Of a DNA stretch of 64,000 bases, positions 8,683-19,900 are shown in pieces. This DNA comes from Bacteroidales bacterium. Lineage in GTDB: Bacteria > Bacteroidota > Bacteroidia > Bacteroidales > WRLA01. The stretch is taken from the NCBI GenBank assembly GCA_963676725.1, contig OY781463.1, positions 1,550,991-1,614,990 on the forward strand, given 5' to 3'. Each line of letters starts with the position of its first letter. Position 1 is the stretch's first letter. The notes under the pieces were generated by a model, which made no database searches, was not told the DNA's origin, and saw only the letters and a list, made by a program, of their open reading frames with translations. The translations under genes were made by a program, and so were the position numbers.

Positions 8683-9104
8683 TTATGAAAAAGATTTTGA
8701 TTGTACTAATATTGTGCGGAGTGAACCTTATCTCATTTGGTCAGGTAGTAAATAATTGTAACCTCATTTTAAATAATGATTCTTCATCTTTAAACGCCAC
8801 ATTAGAAGGGAAACAAATTATCCTAAATTTTCAAAAAACAGACGTTCTTAGCATCACTTTTGAAGAACTTAAAACAGATATTTCTAAAAAAATGCTAGTT
8901 ATCACATCAGATTCAAATCATAACGAGATATTGATTGGAACATTTAATAAAACTGATATAAAAGGTGATTCAAGTTACACTCTGGATATTCCATTTGGAA
9001 AACTAGACAAACTTTGTTTTGGAACTGATAATATCTATACGATTCTAATTAGGGATGAAAAAGGGGAACAAATTTTGTTGAGATTTAAGCTGTTAAAGGA
9101 GTAA
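8679..9104 (+). CDS. Secreted hypothetical protein
   Basis: Signal peptide MKKILIVLILCGVNLISFG-Q. Confidence 0.7.
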   Translation: MIMKKILIVLILCGVNLISFGQVVNNCNLILNNDSSSLNATLEGKQIILNFQKTDVLSITFEELKTDISKKMLVITSDSNHNEILIGTFNKTDIKGDSSYTLDIPFGKLDKLCFGTDNIYTILIRDEKGEQILLRFKLLKE

Positions 9105-9239
9105 AAAACAGTTGCTATTAAAAAAATTAGTGCATTTGGCAGATAGTGCTAATATTGAAGATAATAACAATAAATAAACATAGTAGTATATTGAAAACTT
9201 GGAGCGTTGAAATGCCAAACACACTAAATATAAACCCCC

Positions 9240-9314
9240 GCGTTAGGGATAGCAGCGGCATCCTCGCCACAGCGAGATATAGCGGAAAGCCCGGCGGCTT
9301 TGGTCGCAACGCCC
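9240..9314 (+). ncRNA. Candidate structured RNA or ssDNA element (resembles my recollection of the Flavo-1 motif)
   Basis: Closing stem GCGTT/AACGC encloses the hairpins CTCGC-CACA-GCGAG and GCGGC-TTTG-GTCGC; loops vary between copies while stems are kept. Family identity is not verified. Confidence 0.45.
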
Positions 9315-9435
9315 AAGAAAATATTATAGCCATAGAGTCCCATCTGGGAACTGTTTTATTAGTATAAGAATCTCTTGCTTAGAAATTAAAATTGCGATTC
9401 ACAACAGATTCGTTGCATTTGTAGTGCAAGAAACA
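9240..9435 (+). repeat. Modular unit copy D (complete hairpin element and promoter, no leader ORF)
   Basis: GCGTTAGGGATAGCAGCGGCATCCTCGCCACAGCGAGATATAGCGGAAAGCCCGGCGGCTTTGGTCGCAACGCCC, then TTGCGATTCACAA...CATTTGTAGTGCAAGAAAC. Confidence 0.88.
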
Positions 9436-9527
9436 AAGTGTTCTTCTATTAAAGTGAAAATTACTAAAGCGCCACTACGCTTATACTCAGCTTATGAGTA
9501 CATTTGTACAGGAATGTTGAAAAAATC

Positions 9528-10331
9528 ATGATGTTGAAAAAATTTATCCTCTTTTGTTTTTTAAGCGGTTTGATTGTATTGGTTTCTTGTACTAAAAAGC
9601 AGACTGCCGCAGAAATACTCGAACGAACAATCATTTCTATCGATACAATTGAATCGGTTTATTATAAACAAGATATGTGGAGGACAAATCCGCGAAAGCT
9701 TAATGATACTCTATTCCGATTTCGTGAGATGTATTTCAAAAGACTGCTCACCGATTCTATTGTAGGTGTTAAAGGACATTGGTATATGTATTTAGAGGAC
9801 AAGCAAAATGCAGCCTATGAAGATATTTAAGATGGTAAAAGACTGCTTCGGATCAATAATCGTGATCGTATTGCACGGGTTTATGATCTGGAAAAATATC
9901 CTGATTGGAAAAGAAAGCATTTTTGGAGCCATAATACGCCATACGGAATGCAATATGAATTTAAGTATATGTTGAAAAATACAGACTCTTATGCCATTGA
10001 AAGATTGAACGATACCATTATTGGTGCCACGGATTGTTATCAAATTGTTGTTTTATTAGAGGATAAAGAAACAATGCCCGGCTTCGCCACAGATCTTGAA
10101 GAGAGTGAAGGAAGCATTTCGAAGACTTTATATTTCATCGATAAGGATACATTTTGCCCAATTGGAATGAAAAGTGAATTTTATTCGCGTGATAATCAAC
10201 GCCAAAAGATATTTATTGATCAACGGTATTATGCGTTCAGGTTCAACCTGAATGTTGATGAGAATACTCTGTTGAATACATCTACTGAGGCAATAACCGG
10301 AATTGAGCAAATAGAGATGAAACCGGAATAG
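9528..10331 (+). pseudogene. Lipoprotein interrupted by one in-frame TAA
   Basis: Lipobox LVSC; track ORFs 9504..9830 and 9948..10331 are in the same frame; EDI*DGKRLL at 9828-9830. Confidence 0.75.
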
Positions 10332-10502
10332 ATGGGGTTAATAATAAGATGCTAATGAGGTTTTTATAAAATATTTTGATGCGCCTGCAATACACGAGGT
10401 TTAGGTATAGATTGGAAGAATATTGAAGCGAAGGAAGCAATAATAGAGACTATTTTTCAGCTTGAAAATACCAGGAATGCTGCCAAATCCTGTTGTAAAT
10501 TT

Positions 10503-10660
10503 AATTAGATTTTATACATTTGTGGATCAAGAAACAAAAAATGAACAATCAAACCCCAATATTTTTTTTGTTGCATGGAAGTGCGTTATAGGATATCATA
10601 CTTACAATAAAAGGAAATATTGTAATAGGGGAGGCTTATGTGTACTAGTTTAGTAGTCAG
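10503..10660 (+). repeat. Modular unit copy E (promoter and frameshifted leader)
   Basis: ATTAGATTTTATACATTTGTGGATCAAGAAAC...ATGAACAATCAAACCCCAATA...GGAAGTGCGTTATAGGA...GTAATAGGGG. Confidence 0.8.
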
Positions 10661-10706
10661 TCTGGGGAAAAATCAATCAATAGTTTAATAACATAAATAG
10701 ATCAAA

Positions 10707-11759
10707 ATGAAAGAAATAAAGATTATTCTTGTCGCATTAGTAATTTGCATTGCATCAAATTTTAATCAAATCTTTGCTTGTTCCAGAGTCGTTTATCAAG
10801 GTTCAAACGGAACAATTATTACCGGTAGAACTATGGACTGGAAAGGGGATATTCCGGCAAACTTATGGGTTTTCCCAAAAGGAATGGAGCGAAATGGTAA
10901 GGTTGGAAGCGCTTCTATTGAATGGAAATCAAAATATGGTAGTGTAGTTACAAGCTCTTGGAATATTGCGGCAACAGATGGAATGAATGAAAAAGGTCTT
11001 GTAGGAAATTTATTGTGGCTTTTAGAATCCCAATATCCTAAATTTGAGAAGGATAGCGGAACGAAAGGATTAGCAATAAGTCTTTGGTTGCAATATGTAC
11101 TGGATAATTTCGCTACAGTGGATGAAGCCGTTAAAGAGCTTCGTAAAGAGGAATTTGTGGTCGTGTCATCTTATATTCCTGATACAAAAATATACACAGC
11201 ACTTCATTTATCAATTTCGGATAACACAGGCGACAATGCAATTTTTGAATATATAAATGGGGAATTAGTAATTCATCATGATACATCTTACGTAGTAATG
11301 ACAAATTCACCAGTTTATGAAGATCAATTAGCTATTAATAATTACTGGAAAGATATTTCGGGAACTATTATGCTTCCCGGTACAAATCGAGCAGCAGACC
11401 GTTTTGTAAGAGGGTCTTTTTATATAAATGCACTCCCGAAAACTGACGATACGAAAATTGCTGTTCCTGCAGTTTTTAGTGTTATCCGAAATCTTTCTGT
11501 TCCTTTTGGTATTTCAACACCAAATCAACCAAATATTTCATCGACCCAATGGAGAACAGTATCCGATCAAAAAAACCTAGTTTATTATTTTGAAAATGTT
11601 CTTAATACGAATATTGTTTGGCTGGATTTTGCCAATTTAGATTTTAGTGAAAATGGGGAAATACTAAAACTCTCCTTGGAAAATCGGGAAAGTTATCCAG
11701 GCGAATCATCAAAATATTTAGTGGAAACGAAACCTTTTATACCATTGGGATTAGAATAA
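10707..11759 (+). CDS. Choloylglycine hydrolase / penicillin V acylase family Ntn-hydrolase
   Basis: Signal peptide then nucleophile Cys (A-CSR); GRTMDW, DGMNEKGL, MTNSP, DRFVR. Confidence 0.92.
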   Translation: MKEIKIILVALVICIASNFNQIFACSRVVYQGSNGTIITGRTMDWKGDIPANLWVFPKGMERNGKVGSASIEWKSKYGSVVTSSWNIAATDGMNEKGLVGNLLWLLESQYPKFEKDSGTKGLAISLWLQYVLDNFATVDEAVKELRKEEFVVVSSYIPDTKIYTALHLSISDNTGDNAIFEYINGELVIHHDTSYVVMTNSPVYEDQLAINNYWKDISGTIMLPGTNRAADRFVRGSFYINALPKTDDTKIAVPAVFSVIRNLSVPFGISTPNQPNISSTQWRTVSDQKNLVYYFENVLNTNIVWLDFANLDFSENGEILKLSLENRESYPGESSKYLVETKPFIPLGLE

Positions 11760-11802
11760 AAAAGCCCGAGCAGCTATAAGTTTAAATAAGTATTGTTAGG
11801 CG

Positions 11803-12708
11803 ATGCTAATATTAAATCACGGTATGAAACATTTGTTATTATTCATCATTTTGCTGCAAATCAATATACTAGACGCACAAAATAGCAGTATTACTGCAGG
11901 CACCTATGATTCCGGGATGATATATTATAACTACAATCCGGATACGGTACTTCCAGCTGGAGAGAATGGTATTTACTCTTGTTTTATTGATATAGACCTA
12001 AACTTTGATAGCATTTCGGATTATAAGATTACTAATTTAAATGCAAGTGGGCAGAATGCAAGCAATTACCAGGTTGAGATCGTGCCTTATAATGACAATG
12101 AATTTTCTTATCATAGAATTGATTCCAGTTATAATTACCTATTAGATACTGCTTATTACTATTTTGTGCCAAGCCCTGTTAATTATGGGGAAGAAATAAA
12201 CGATTCATATCTTTATACATCAACGGTTTCTTATTTATATATGGATAGATGGTCGTCAATATCTGCCTATTCCAATGAAATATTTGATTGGGATAATATT
12301 GGGCCAAAATATATAGCAATTAGAATGAATGTTGATGATACCTTGTATTATGGGTGGATTGGCATCGATATCTCAACCAAAGAAAGCCAAGGTGGAAGGT
12401 CGAAAGTTATTGTAAGCGAATATGCTTTATCAAAATTTTTACCGTCTGATATTTCTGATAAATATTATTTTCAACCCATTGAAATTTATCCAAATCCTGT
12501 GACATCGGATTTGAATATCAACCTACCTAAAAATTTTAGTTCAGGAAATATCTTAATATTGGATGTGTGTGGTGTAATTCGCAGAAAAATACAGGTTTTA
12601 AATACGGGATTGGTGCAAATTTCTGTTTCAGATTTAGAAAGTGGATCATATATACTAAGAATAGGAGGCAATGGCCAATTTTACTATAAAAAGATTATAA
12701 AACAATGA
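11803..12708 (+). CDS. T9SS-sorted secreted protein
   Basis: Signal peptide; C-terminal IYPNPV...LESGSYILRI...KKIIK. Confidence 0.85.
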   Translation: MLILNHGMKHLLLFIILLQINILDAQNSSITAGTYDSGMIYYNYNPDTVLPAGENGIYSCFIDIDLNFDSISDYKITNLNASGQNASNYQVEIVPYNDNEFSYHRIDSSYNYLLDTAYYYFVPSPVNYGEEINDSYLYTSTVSYLYMDRWSSISAYSNEIFDWDNIGPKYIAIRMNVDDTLYYGWIGIDISTKESQGGRSKVIVSEYALSKFLPSDISDKYYFQPIEIYPNPVTSDLNINLPKNFSSGNILILDVCGVIRRKIQVLNTGLVQISVSDLESGSYILRIGGNGQFYYKKIIKQ

Positions 12709-12892
12709 TTTTGAATGATTTTTGAATAATTTACCCATTTATTATCGAAGATAATTACTGCCTTTACCATAACAAAACACTTGCTTTTTAACATAGTTCA
12801 TCCAATGGTTCGCCATAGAGAAGAAACCAGATTGCCTTATGCAAATGAAATATAGACCTAAGCAGTGAAATATTTCAGCAGTCTAAACAAAT

Positions 12893-12942
12893 CTTGCGTA
12901 GAAATAAAATTGCGATTCACATTAGATTATTTATATTTGTGT
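12893..12942 (+). repeat. Modular unit copy F (promoter half only)
   Basis: CTTGCGTAGAAATAAAATTGCGATTCACATTAGATTATTTATATTTG matches copies D and A. Confidence 0.75.
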
Positions 12943-12981
12943 GATTCGAATATTGAAAAAGTCAATAATAAAATCTTAAAT

Positions 12982-13401
12982 ATGTTGAAAATTTCCTTAG
13001 AATATTGGAACGAACTCGCTCATCAAATACTTTTAATTAGTTCTTTATTGAGTGGTTTTTCGATTGCTTTAGTTGCAAATTTATTGGTTCATAAATCAAA
13101 AAGTCGAATCACAATAAGTACATTAAAAATAGCAACAATTGCTACAGGCTGCTTTCTTATTACGGTCTTTGCTATGACTAAAATTATAATGATGACAACA
13201 AATGGATATCCATTTGAAATAGCTGATAATGAATTAACAATGCCGCGTACGATTGGATCTTTAACTTTCTTTTTAGGCATTGTTTCTTTGTCGGCAGTTA
13301 TTGCATTAGCAGGGTGGACAAAATCAAAAAGTAGCGGGATATTTACAACTATTGTTGGTGTTTTAACACTTTTGGCAATATTATCAATGCTTGTTCGATA
13401 G
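12982..13401 (+). CDS. Four-TM hypothetical membrane protein
   Basis: ATG 12982 lies downstream of the copy F promoter; four hydrophobic segments. Confidence 0.75.
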   Translation: MLKISLEYWNELAHQILLISSLLSGFSIALVANLLVHKSKSRITISTLKIATIATGCFLITVFAMTKIIMMTTNGYPFEIADNELTMPRTIGSLTFFLGIVSLSAVIALAGWTKSKSSGIFTTIVGVLTLLAILSMLVR

Positions 13402-13544
13402 CACAGAAAACGGATGCCCTAAACAAAAGATCGAATGGAAATTGTTCAGATTATTCGTAGCACCCAGAAAAGAAAAACGCTAATTTTTTCTGCGTAGATT
13501 TCTTTTTCCGAGATATTTATTCCGTTTTTTTTCGGCTATAGCCT

Positions 13545-14138
13545 TTATTTTACCGCTTCAACAATTACCCAGCCTTTTTTATAAGTGAGGTCGGTTTTGA
13601 TGGTTTTAAAACCTGCTTCAGATAAAAATTCTTTGTATTCTTCCGAGTTTTTTATTTGTGCCAAATGCCACCATTTGCTGTTTTCTTTTGGATAACGATT
13701 GATTATCAGAAAACGCCCGTCATTCTTCAGATTGTTATGTACACGGGCGAGAGATTCGCGCAAAGGCTTCCAAAATTGAATCGTTTCAAAGGCTGTAATC
13801 AGGTCGGCATCCGATGCTTTTAAGTACAGCTGATCTACTGTTGTTGCTATGAATTCTAACCGATTTAGATTGCGGGAATCACTGTTGATCTTTTGCGATA
13901 ATTTGATCATTTCTTCTGAATGATCGATTCCAATGAGCGTATAATTCCTATTTTTTTTGGCCAGATAATTTATGAATTTGCCTCCACCACAACCAATATC
14001 CACTATGGTTGATCCTTCTTTTGGCAGTTTGTCGGCGAAATATTTAATATATGTCTGGGTGTGGAACAGATTCATCATTTTTCCTACAAATTGTCCTATG
14101 CGCCCATGTGGCTTTGCTCCCTGTGTTTCGATGCTCAT
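13545..14138 (-). CDS. Class I SAM-dependent methyltransferase
   Basis: IVDIGCGGG, GIDHS, ITAFETIQFW. Confidence 0.9.
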   Translation of the reverse strand: MSIETQGAKPHGRIGQFVGKMMNLFHTQTYIKYFADKLPKEGSTIVDIGCGGGKFINYLAKKNRNYTLIGIDHSEEMIKLSQKINSDSRNLNRLEFIATTVDQLYLKASDADLITAFETIQFWKPLRESLARVHNNLKNDGRFLIINRYPKENSKWWHLAQIKNSEEYKEFLSEAGFKTIKTDLTYKKGWVIVEAVK

Positions 14139-14517
14139 CTTTTATGAATTAATCGTGATAAATAGGTTCTGATTTTTTTCAAAGCTAATCAAATTTTGTG
14201 CACAACAATTTTTCTATCGAAATCCTTCATTTATTGATGATATAAGCCTGCTGTGGGTTTGTGTTTTGTTTTTTGAAAAACAAATTTTAATAGTTTTTAA
14301 GGACTCTTTTATTCGCTAAATATTTGTAGTTCTTGTAATATATTTTTGTGCAATTAAGAAAAAACGGATGCTTTCTGTCAGATCGATACGGGATTTTGAG
14401 GGAGGACCCAGCTAAATAATATAAATCGATTTTTGCGTGTATCCACAAAATATTTTGTAGTATATTAAATTTTTTATATCTTGCAACCAACATTAAATCA
14501 AAAAATTAGAAAAAACC

Positions 14518-16629
14518 TTGCGAAACAAAAGCAATAATATAAGAGCAGGTTTTATCAGCATACTGATTAACCCCTGGGTTCTGGCAATACCGATAGCCTT
14601 ACTTGTTATTGCTGTGCTGCCTGATATGCAAGAGCCTTATAAGCTGGAGCTGGTTCTAAAGCAAAAGGGCGATAAAACCCCACAGGCGGAGGAGTTTTTC
14701 ACAGACCTGAATAATGATGGCAATACAGAACGTATTGTTTCATTTTATAATGTTTCAGGCAATGCGGCATTAAAAGTGTGGACGACAGATCATCGGCTTA
14801 TTGATCAATACAATTGGCATGGCGTTTTTTTAAATAATTATAAATTTGTGCAGGTTTTTGACACCGATCATGATGGGAAAATGGAGGTGATATTTGGTCT
14901 ATTGCGCCACGATTCGGTTTTTATTGTTCAATTCAATCCTTTGCTGAAAACTGCACTGAATCATGAATATTTTGTTGAAAATCTCCCTGACTCTACCAAT
15001 CCCAATCAATCACCCTTTATATATGTTTCTTCGACAATGGATATAGATTCTGATGGCGTTAATGAGCTTTTTATTGAGCTTGCGGCACATCTCGAAAAAT
15101 CTCCCAGAAAGGCCATTGTTTTAAACACAAAAACAGGTGATATACTGAAATCTGACGATCTCGGAGCAAAAATTACCGGCTTATTTCCGGATCCCAGGTA
15201 TAAAGCCGGCGACGGTTATTTGGTTCAAACCAGGGCATCAGCAAATTTAAAACCATCAGAAGTAAGCTTTCTGCATGATCATAGCTCTTGGTTGTTGGGT
15301 TTTGATGCAAATATGAAATTGCGTGATACCTTACTTGAATATCCCTATCTTTTTTCAACAATCAAGTCATTGTTTTTTCGGAAGCAGAATAAGATTGTTG
15401 GTCTTGCACACAACCAATCACAAGAAGAAGTACTAGATAAAATTTTTATGGTCGATTCAAGCGGTTTTTTTGTCCGGGATTTCCCTCCTTCAGCTCATTA
15501 TTTTAAAGATATAGGCATTGTGCCTTTTTTCGAGGATTCTTCTCAGAAATACCTGTATTATAATGAGCAAGGGAATATTTTTATCCTAAAAGACACGGAG
15601 ATCATCAGCAATATCGATAAACATCAGGATGCAAGCACTCAGTTTATAGGAAGAGAACCATGCGAAATCAGTGGGGATGGCAAAAATGAATTTATTGCAA
15701 TGGATTTATTATCAGACGAATTGATTATCCTAAGCCATGACTTGAAACATAAGAGTATTCTCTCAGCCATAAATATCTCCGAAGAACACTTTTTTTCACC
15801 TTCCGTCCGCAGGAAACAGGGCGAAAAACCCCAGTTGTTCTTCAAGCTTCATGGGAACAACTATTATTATACCTATCAGGCCAATCCCTTGTATTATCTT
15901 CATTATCCGGTCTATTTGCTGATCTACCTTTTGATAACAGTCCTGATTTATCTTATGTGGAGCTATCAGAAAGCCCAATTGCAGAAAAAATACGAACTGG
16001 AACGAGCATTTGAGAGTTTACAACTGAAAACCCTTAAAAATCAGCTCGAACCGCATTTTATCTTCAATGCACTGAACGCCATAAACGCCACCATTGCCCA
16101 GGGTCAATACGAATCTGCGCAATACTACCTTTTACGCTTTAGTCGCTTAATGCAAAAATTGCTTTTCAAGTCCGATCAATTAACAGTTAGCCTTGAAGAC
16201 GAATTGGAATTTGTGGAAAATTACCTCGAGATTGAACGCCTGCGTTTTGGGGAAGAGCTGTATTTTGAAATCCATAAATCAGAGAATGTGCCCCCACAGA
16301 TCAGAATACCGAAAATGTTGGTGCAGTCTTTTGTTGAAAATGCGATAAAACACGGCCTAAAACCACTCAACCATAAAGGGCGTATTCTTATTGATGTGCA
16401 TATGGGCGGAAAACACGTACATATAAACATATCAGACAACGGGATCGGGCGTGAAGCTGCCGCACAGAAGAATACCAATAGCGGTAAAGGCCTCAGCATC
16501 GTGCAAAAAATGCTTCTCCTATACGAAAGGCAACAGAAAAAACAAATCAAATACTACTATACCGACCTTTTCGATGATGAAGGCCGGGCTGCAGGCACAA
16601 AAGTAAGCGTTCAGCTGCCTGTAATATGA
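14518..16629 (+). CDS. LytS-type sensor histidine kinase with an FG-GAP-like extracellular domain
   Basis: Two TMs, DxDxDG repeats, LKNQLEPHFIFNALN, VENAIKHG, DNGIG. Confidence 0.9.
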   Translation: MRNKSNNIRAGFISILINPWVLAIPIALLVIAVLPDMQEPYKLELVLKQKGDKTPQAEEFFTDLNNDGNTERIVSFYNVSGNAALKVWTTDHRLIDQYNWHGVFLNNYKFVQVFDTDHDGKMEVIFGLLRHDSVFIVQFNPLLKTALNHEYFVENLPDSTNPNQSPFIYVSSTMDIDSDGVNELFIELAAHLEKSPRKAIVLNTKTGDILKSDDLGAKITGLFPDPRYKAGDGYLVQTRASANLKPSEVSFLHDHSSWLLGFDANMKLRDTLLEYPYLFSTIKSLFFRKQNKIVGLAHNQSQEEVLDKIFMVDSSGFFVRDFPPSAHYFKDIGIVPFFEDSSQKYLYYNEQGNIFILKDTEIISNIDKHQDASTQFIGREPCEISGDGKNEFIAMDLLSDELIILSHDLKHKSILSAINISEEHFFSPSVRRKQGEKPQLFFKLHGNNYYYTYQANPLYYLHYPVYLLIYLLITVLIYLMWSYQKAQLQKKYELERAFESLQLKTLKNQLEPHFIFNALNAINATIAQGQYESAQYYLLRFSRLMQKLLFKSDQLTVSLEDELEFVENYLEIERLRFGEELYFEIHKSENVPPQIRIPKMLVQSFVENAIKHGLKPLNHKGRILIDVHMGGKHVHINISDNGIGREAAAQKNTNSGKGLSIVQKMLLLYERQQKKQIKYYYTDLFDDEGRAAGTKVSVQLPVI

Positions 16630-16954
16630 TGCCCCCAAAAAAAAGAGTTATGTGGGCGGTCAGAAGACATAGGCAGATTTATTTTTCTCGATTAATTGCG
16701 ATTTGCTTTATTGAATTCCCTAGGAAACATAAAAATATCTGTTCTTAGAATGCATATATTTGCTATATTTATGCCATATTTTGGTTTTGTTTGAAAAGGA
16801 GTAGAGTTTATGAGACTCCTTCATTTTTAGGGTCGACTCAAGTTTTCAATGAACTGATTTTCGTGCCAAATTGTTTTGATGCGGCAATAAGTAATAACTA
16901 TGGAGAATAATGGGTAGTATTATATCTTGATACGCTCCCCCAATATAGCAGACT

Positions 16955-19900
16955 ATGGCACATTATTTAAAAAAGGAATTATACGAACTGATCAAAAAAG
17001 ATGAGAGTATTTTTGATTTCATCCAAGAAGGTTCACTTGATGGACTTTGGTATTGGGATCTGGAAAATCCTGAAAATGAATGGATGAATCCGCGTTTCTG
17101 GGAGGTTTTGGGTTATAATCCTGTAGAAATGCCCCATAAAGCAAGTGCCTGGCAAGACATTATCAATCAAGACGATTTAAAACGTGCCCTCGATAATTTT
17201 CAAAAACATGTGGCTGACCCAAGCCACCCTTATGACCAGATAGTGCGTTATACCCATAAAAATGGTTCAACGGTTTGGGTACGTTGCCGAGGTTTGGCGA
17301 TCCGCGATAAAAAAGGAAAAGCTGTGCGCATGCTCGGGGCACATCAGGATATTACAAACATAAAAAACACAGAAGAAAAGCTGCAGCAGGAACACCAAAA
17401 AGTGAAGAAAAACGAAGAAATGTATCGGTTTTTAACCGAAAATGGAACTGATGTAATTCGGTATCAATCACCTACCGGTATATTTAATTATATTTCGCCT
17501 AATATTGTGGAATTAACGGGCTATACGGCCACAGAGTATTCTAAATTTGGTCCATTGGAAAATGTATTCCCTGAAGACCATCCCATTTTAGAACAAATTG
17601 TCGAGAGGTTTTCTAAAGGCGAAAATGCTGTGAAAGTGGAATATCGTATTCACCATAAAACAGGAGAAGTGATTTGGGTGGAGTCGCGTATTAAGGCAGT
17701 TCGCGATGAAAATGGGGAAACCACATCATTACTTTCATCAACAAACAATATTACCGAACAAAAGAAACTTCAAATTGAAGTGGGTGCAAGCGAGGAAAAG
17801 TATAAAGCAACGTACAACAATGCCCCCTTAGCATTTCAATCACTTGATTTTAATGGAAATATTCTTGAAGTAAATCCGCAATGGTTAAAGATATTAAATT
17901 ATCCAAAAGAAGAAGTGATTGGTAAGTGGTTTGGCGATTTTTTACATCCGGACTATGTCGCGCATTTCCGGAAAAACTTTCCAAGATTCAAGGCACAGGG
18001 CTATATCAATAATGTTCAATTTCAGATGAAGAGAAAAAACAAGGAGTTTATCTATGTTTCTTTTGAAGGTTGCATTGGGTACACTCCTGAAGGAGAATTC
18101 AAACAAACTTATTGTACATTTAAAGATATTACCGAACAGAAACTAGTTGAACAAAAACTAAAACAAAGCGAATCGCGCTATAAACAATTAGTAGAAACAT
18201 CATCTGATGCTATTTACTTAATGGACGAAGAAGGAATAATAATTGATACCAATAAAACAGCAACAAAAATTCTTAAGAAAGAAAGAGATGAGATTGTTGG
18301 AAAACCAATTGATACTGTTGACCCAAATTACCCAATAGGAGATTTTATAGCCTATTGGAAAACAGTGCCATATGGAGAACAGCATATTTTAGAAACAACC
18401 CATATTACCAGCACAGGCGAATTAATCCCGATTGAGATTAGTGGAAAAAAATTCGAGTTGGAAGGTAATACGTATTATTACGGTGTGGCACGCGATATTA
18501 CCGAACGTAAAATATCTGAAGAGTTGATACAAAAACAGATTCAGGAATATCAAACCTTAAACGAAGAGTATCTGACAATAAACGAGGAACTTTCGGCAAC
18601 CAATAAAGAGCTTAAAGATGCTTTTAAAAAAGTTGAAGCAAGCCAAAGAAAGTTTAAATCGTATATTAATTACGCACCTGATGGTGTTTTTGTTGCCGAT
18701 GAAAAAGGGAGGTACTTAGAAGCGAATCCTGCTGCCAGCCGAATTACCGGCTACACAAATGAGGAATTGCTCCAATTGAGCATTCCTGACCTCTTACAAA
18801 AAGATGATATAGAAATAGGGACGCAAAATTTTAAAAAAGTACAAAAGGAAGGTCTTTCTAAAATAGACTTGGGTTTTGTAACCAAAAGCGGTGAAAATAG
18901 ATATTGGCAGGTAGCTGCTGTTAAACTGTCGGAAACCAGGTTTTTAGGCTTTGTCAAAGATATTACTGAGCAAAAACATGCAGAACGAAAAATAAAAGAA
19001 AGCCTTAACCTGCTCAATAGTTTTATCAATAATTTTCCCGATGATGCCTGGGCCAAAGACTTGGAAGGAAAGATGACCTTGGCAAATCGATTTGTTAAAG
19101 ACAATACATTCGGTTGCGAAGATGTGATAGGGAAAACAGCCTATGATTTCTTCCCTCAGAAGATTGCAGAAGAGTGCTGGACCTCTGAAAAGGATGTCCT
19201 TTTAAATGACAAGAGCATACAAATTGAAGAACAGATACCGCAACGGGATGGAGTGCACAGTAAAATCCTAAGCAAGTTTCCGCTTCATAATTCAGATGGA
19301 AATGTTATTGGCATAGGAGCTATCGCGCATGATATTACCGATAGAAAAAAGGCAGAAGAAGCACTCAAACAAAGTGAACAGAAATTTATTAGCTACTTCA
19401 ATAGTAACCCAAGTGCTACTTTCGTTTGGAAAATAGTGCAAAACGATTTTGAACTTATAGAGGTAAACGAAACGGCACAAGGAATTACAGCAAATAAAGC
19501 CATTTCTTTTATTGGTTTAAAAGCTTCTCAAATTTATAAAGATAATCCGGTAATTCTTCAGAAATTTTTAGAGTGTGCAAAAACCAAAACAATTATTGAT
19601 TATGAAAATAAATATAAAAACCAGTCTTTAGGTACAGTAAATTGGTTGAGATTTCGCTTTAGTTTTGTCGAGCCTGATCTTATTCTTCTTTATTCAGACA
19701 ATATAACCGACAGAAAAGAAGCTGAGCGTAAAATTAAAGAACAAAATGAGGAATATGAAGCGCTAAACGAAGAGCTTCGACAAACGAACGAAGAACTTTT
19801 TGCCACCATTCGGAGGGAAGAAGAAATTAACGAACGATTTAAACTGGCCATGGAAGTTACATCGGATGGTTTAATGGACTGGAATCTTATTAGTAACGAA

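Noticed and set aside
9127-9367. Overlapping ORFs 9127..9333 and 9146..9367
   Set aside because: They stay open only because of the GC-rich hairpin element
9828-9830. Stop-codon recoding or alternative genetic code
   Set aside because: A single case; TAA terminates many other genes in the window normally
4742-12942. CRISPR array interpretation of the repeats
   Set aside because: Units are 50-240 bp, degenerate and separated by whole genes; no cas genes are present
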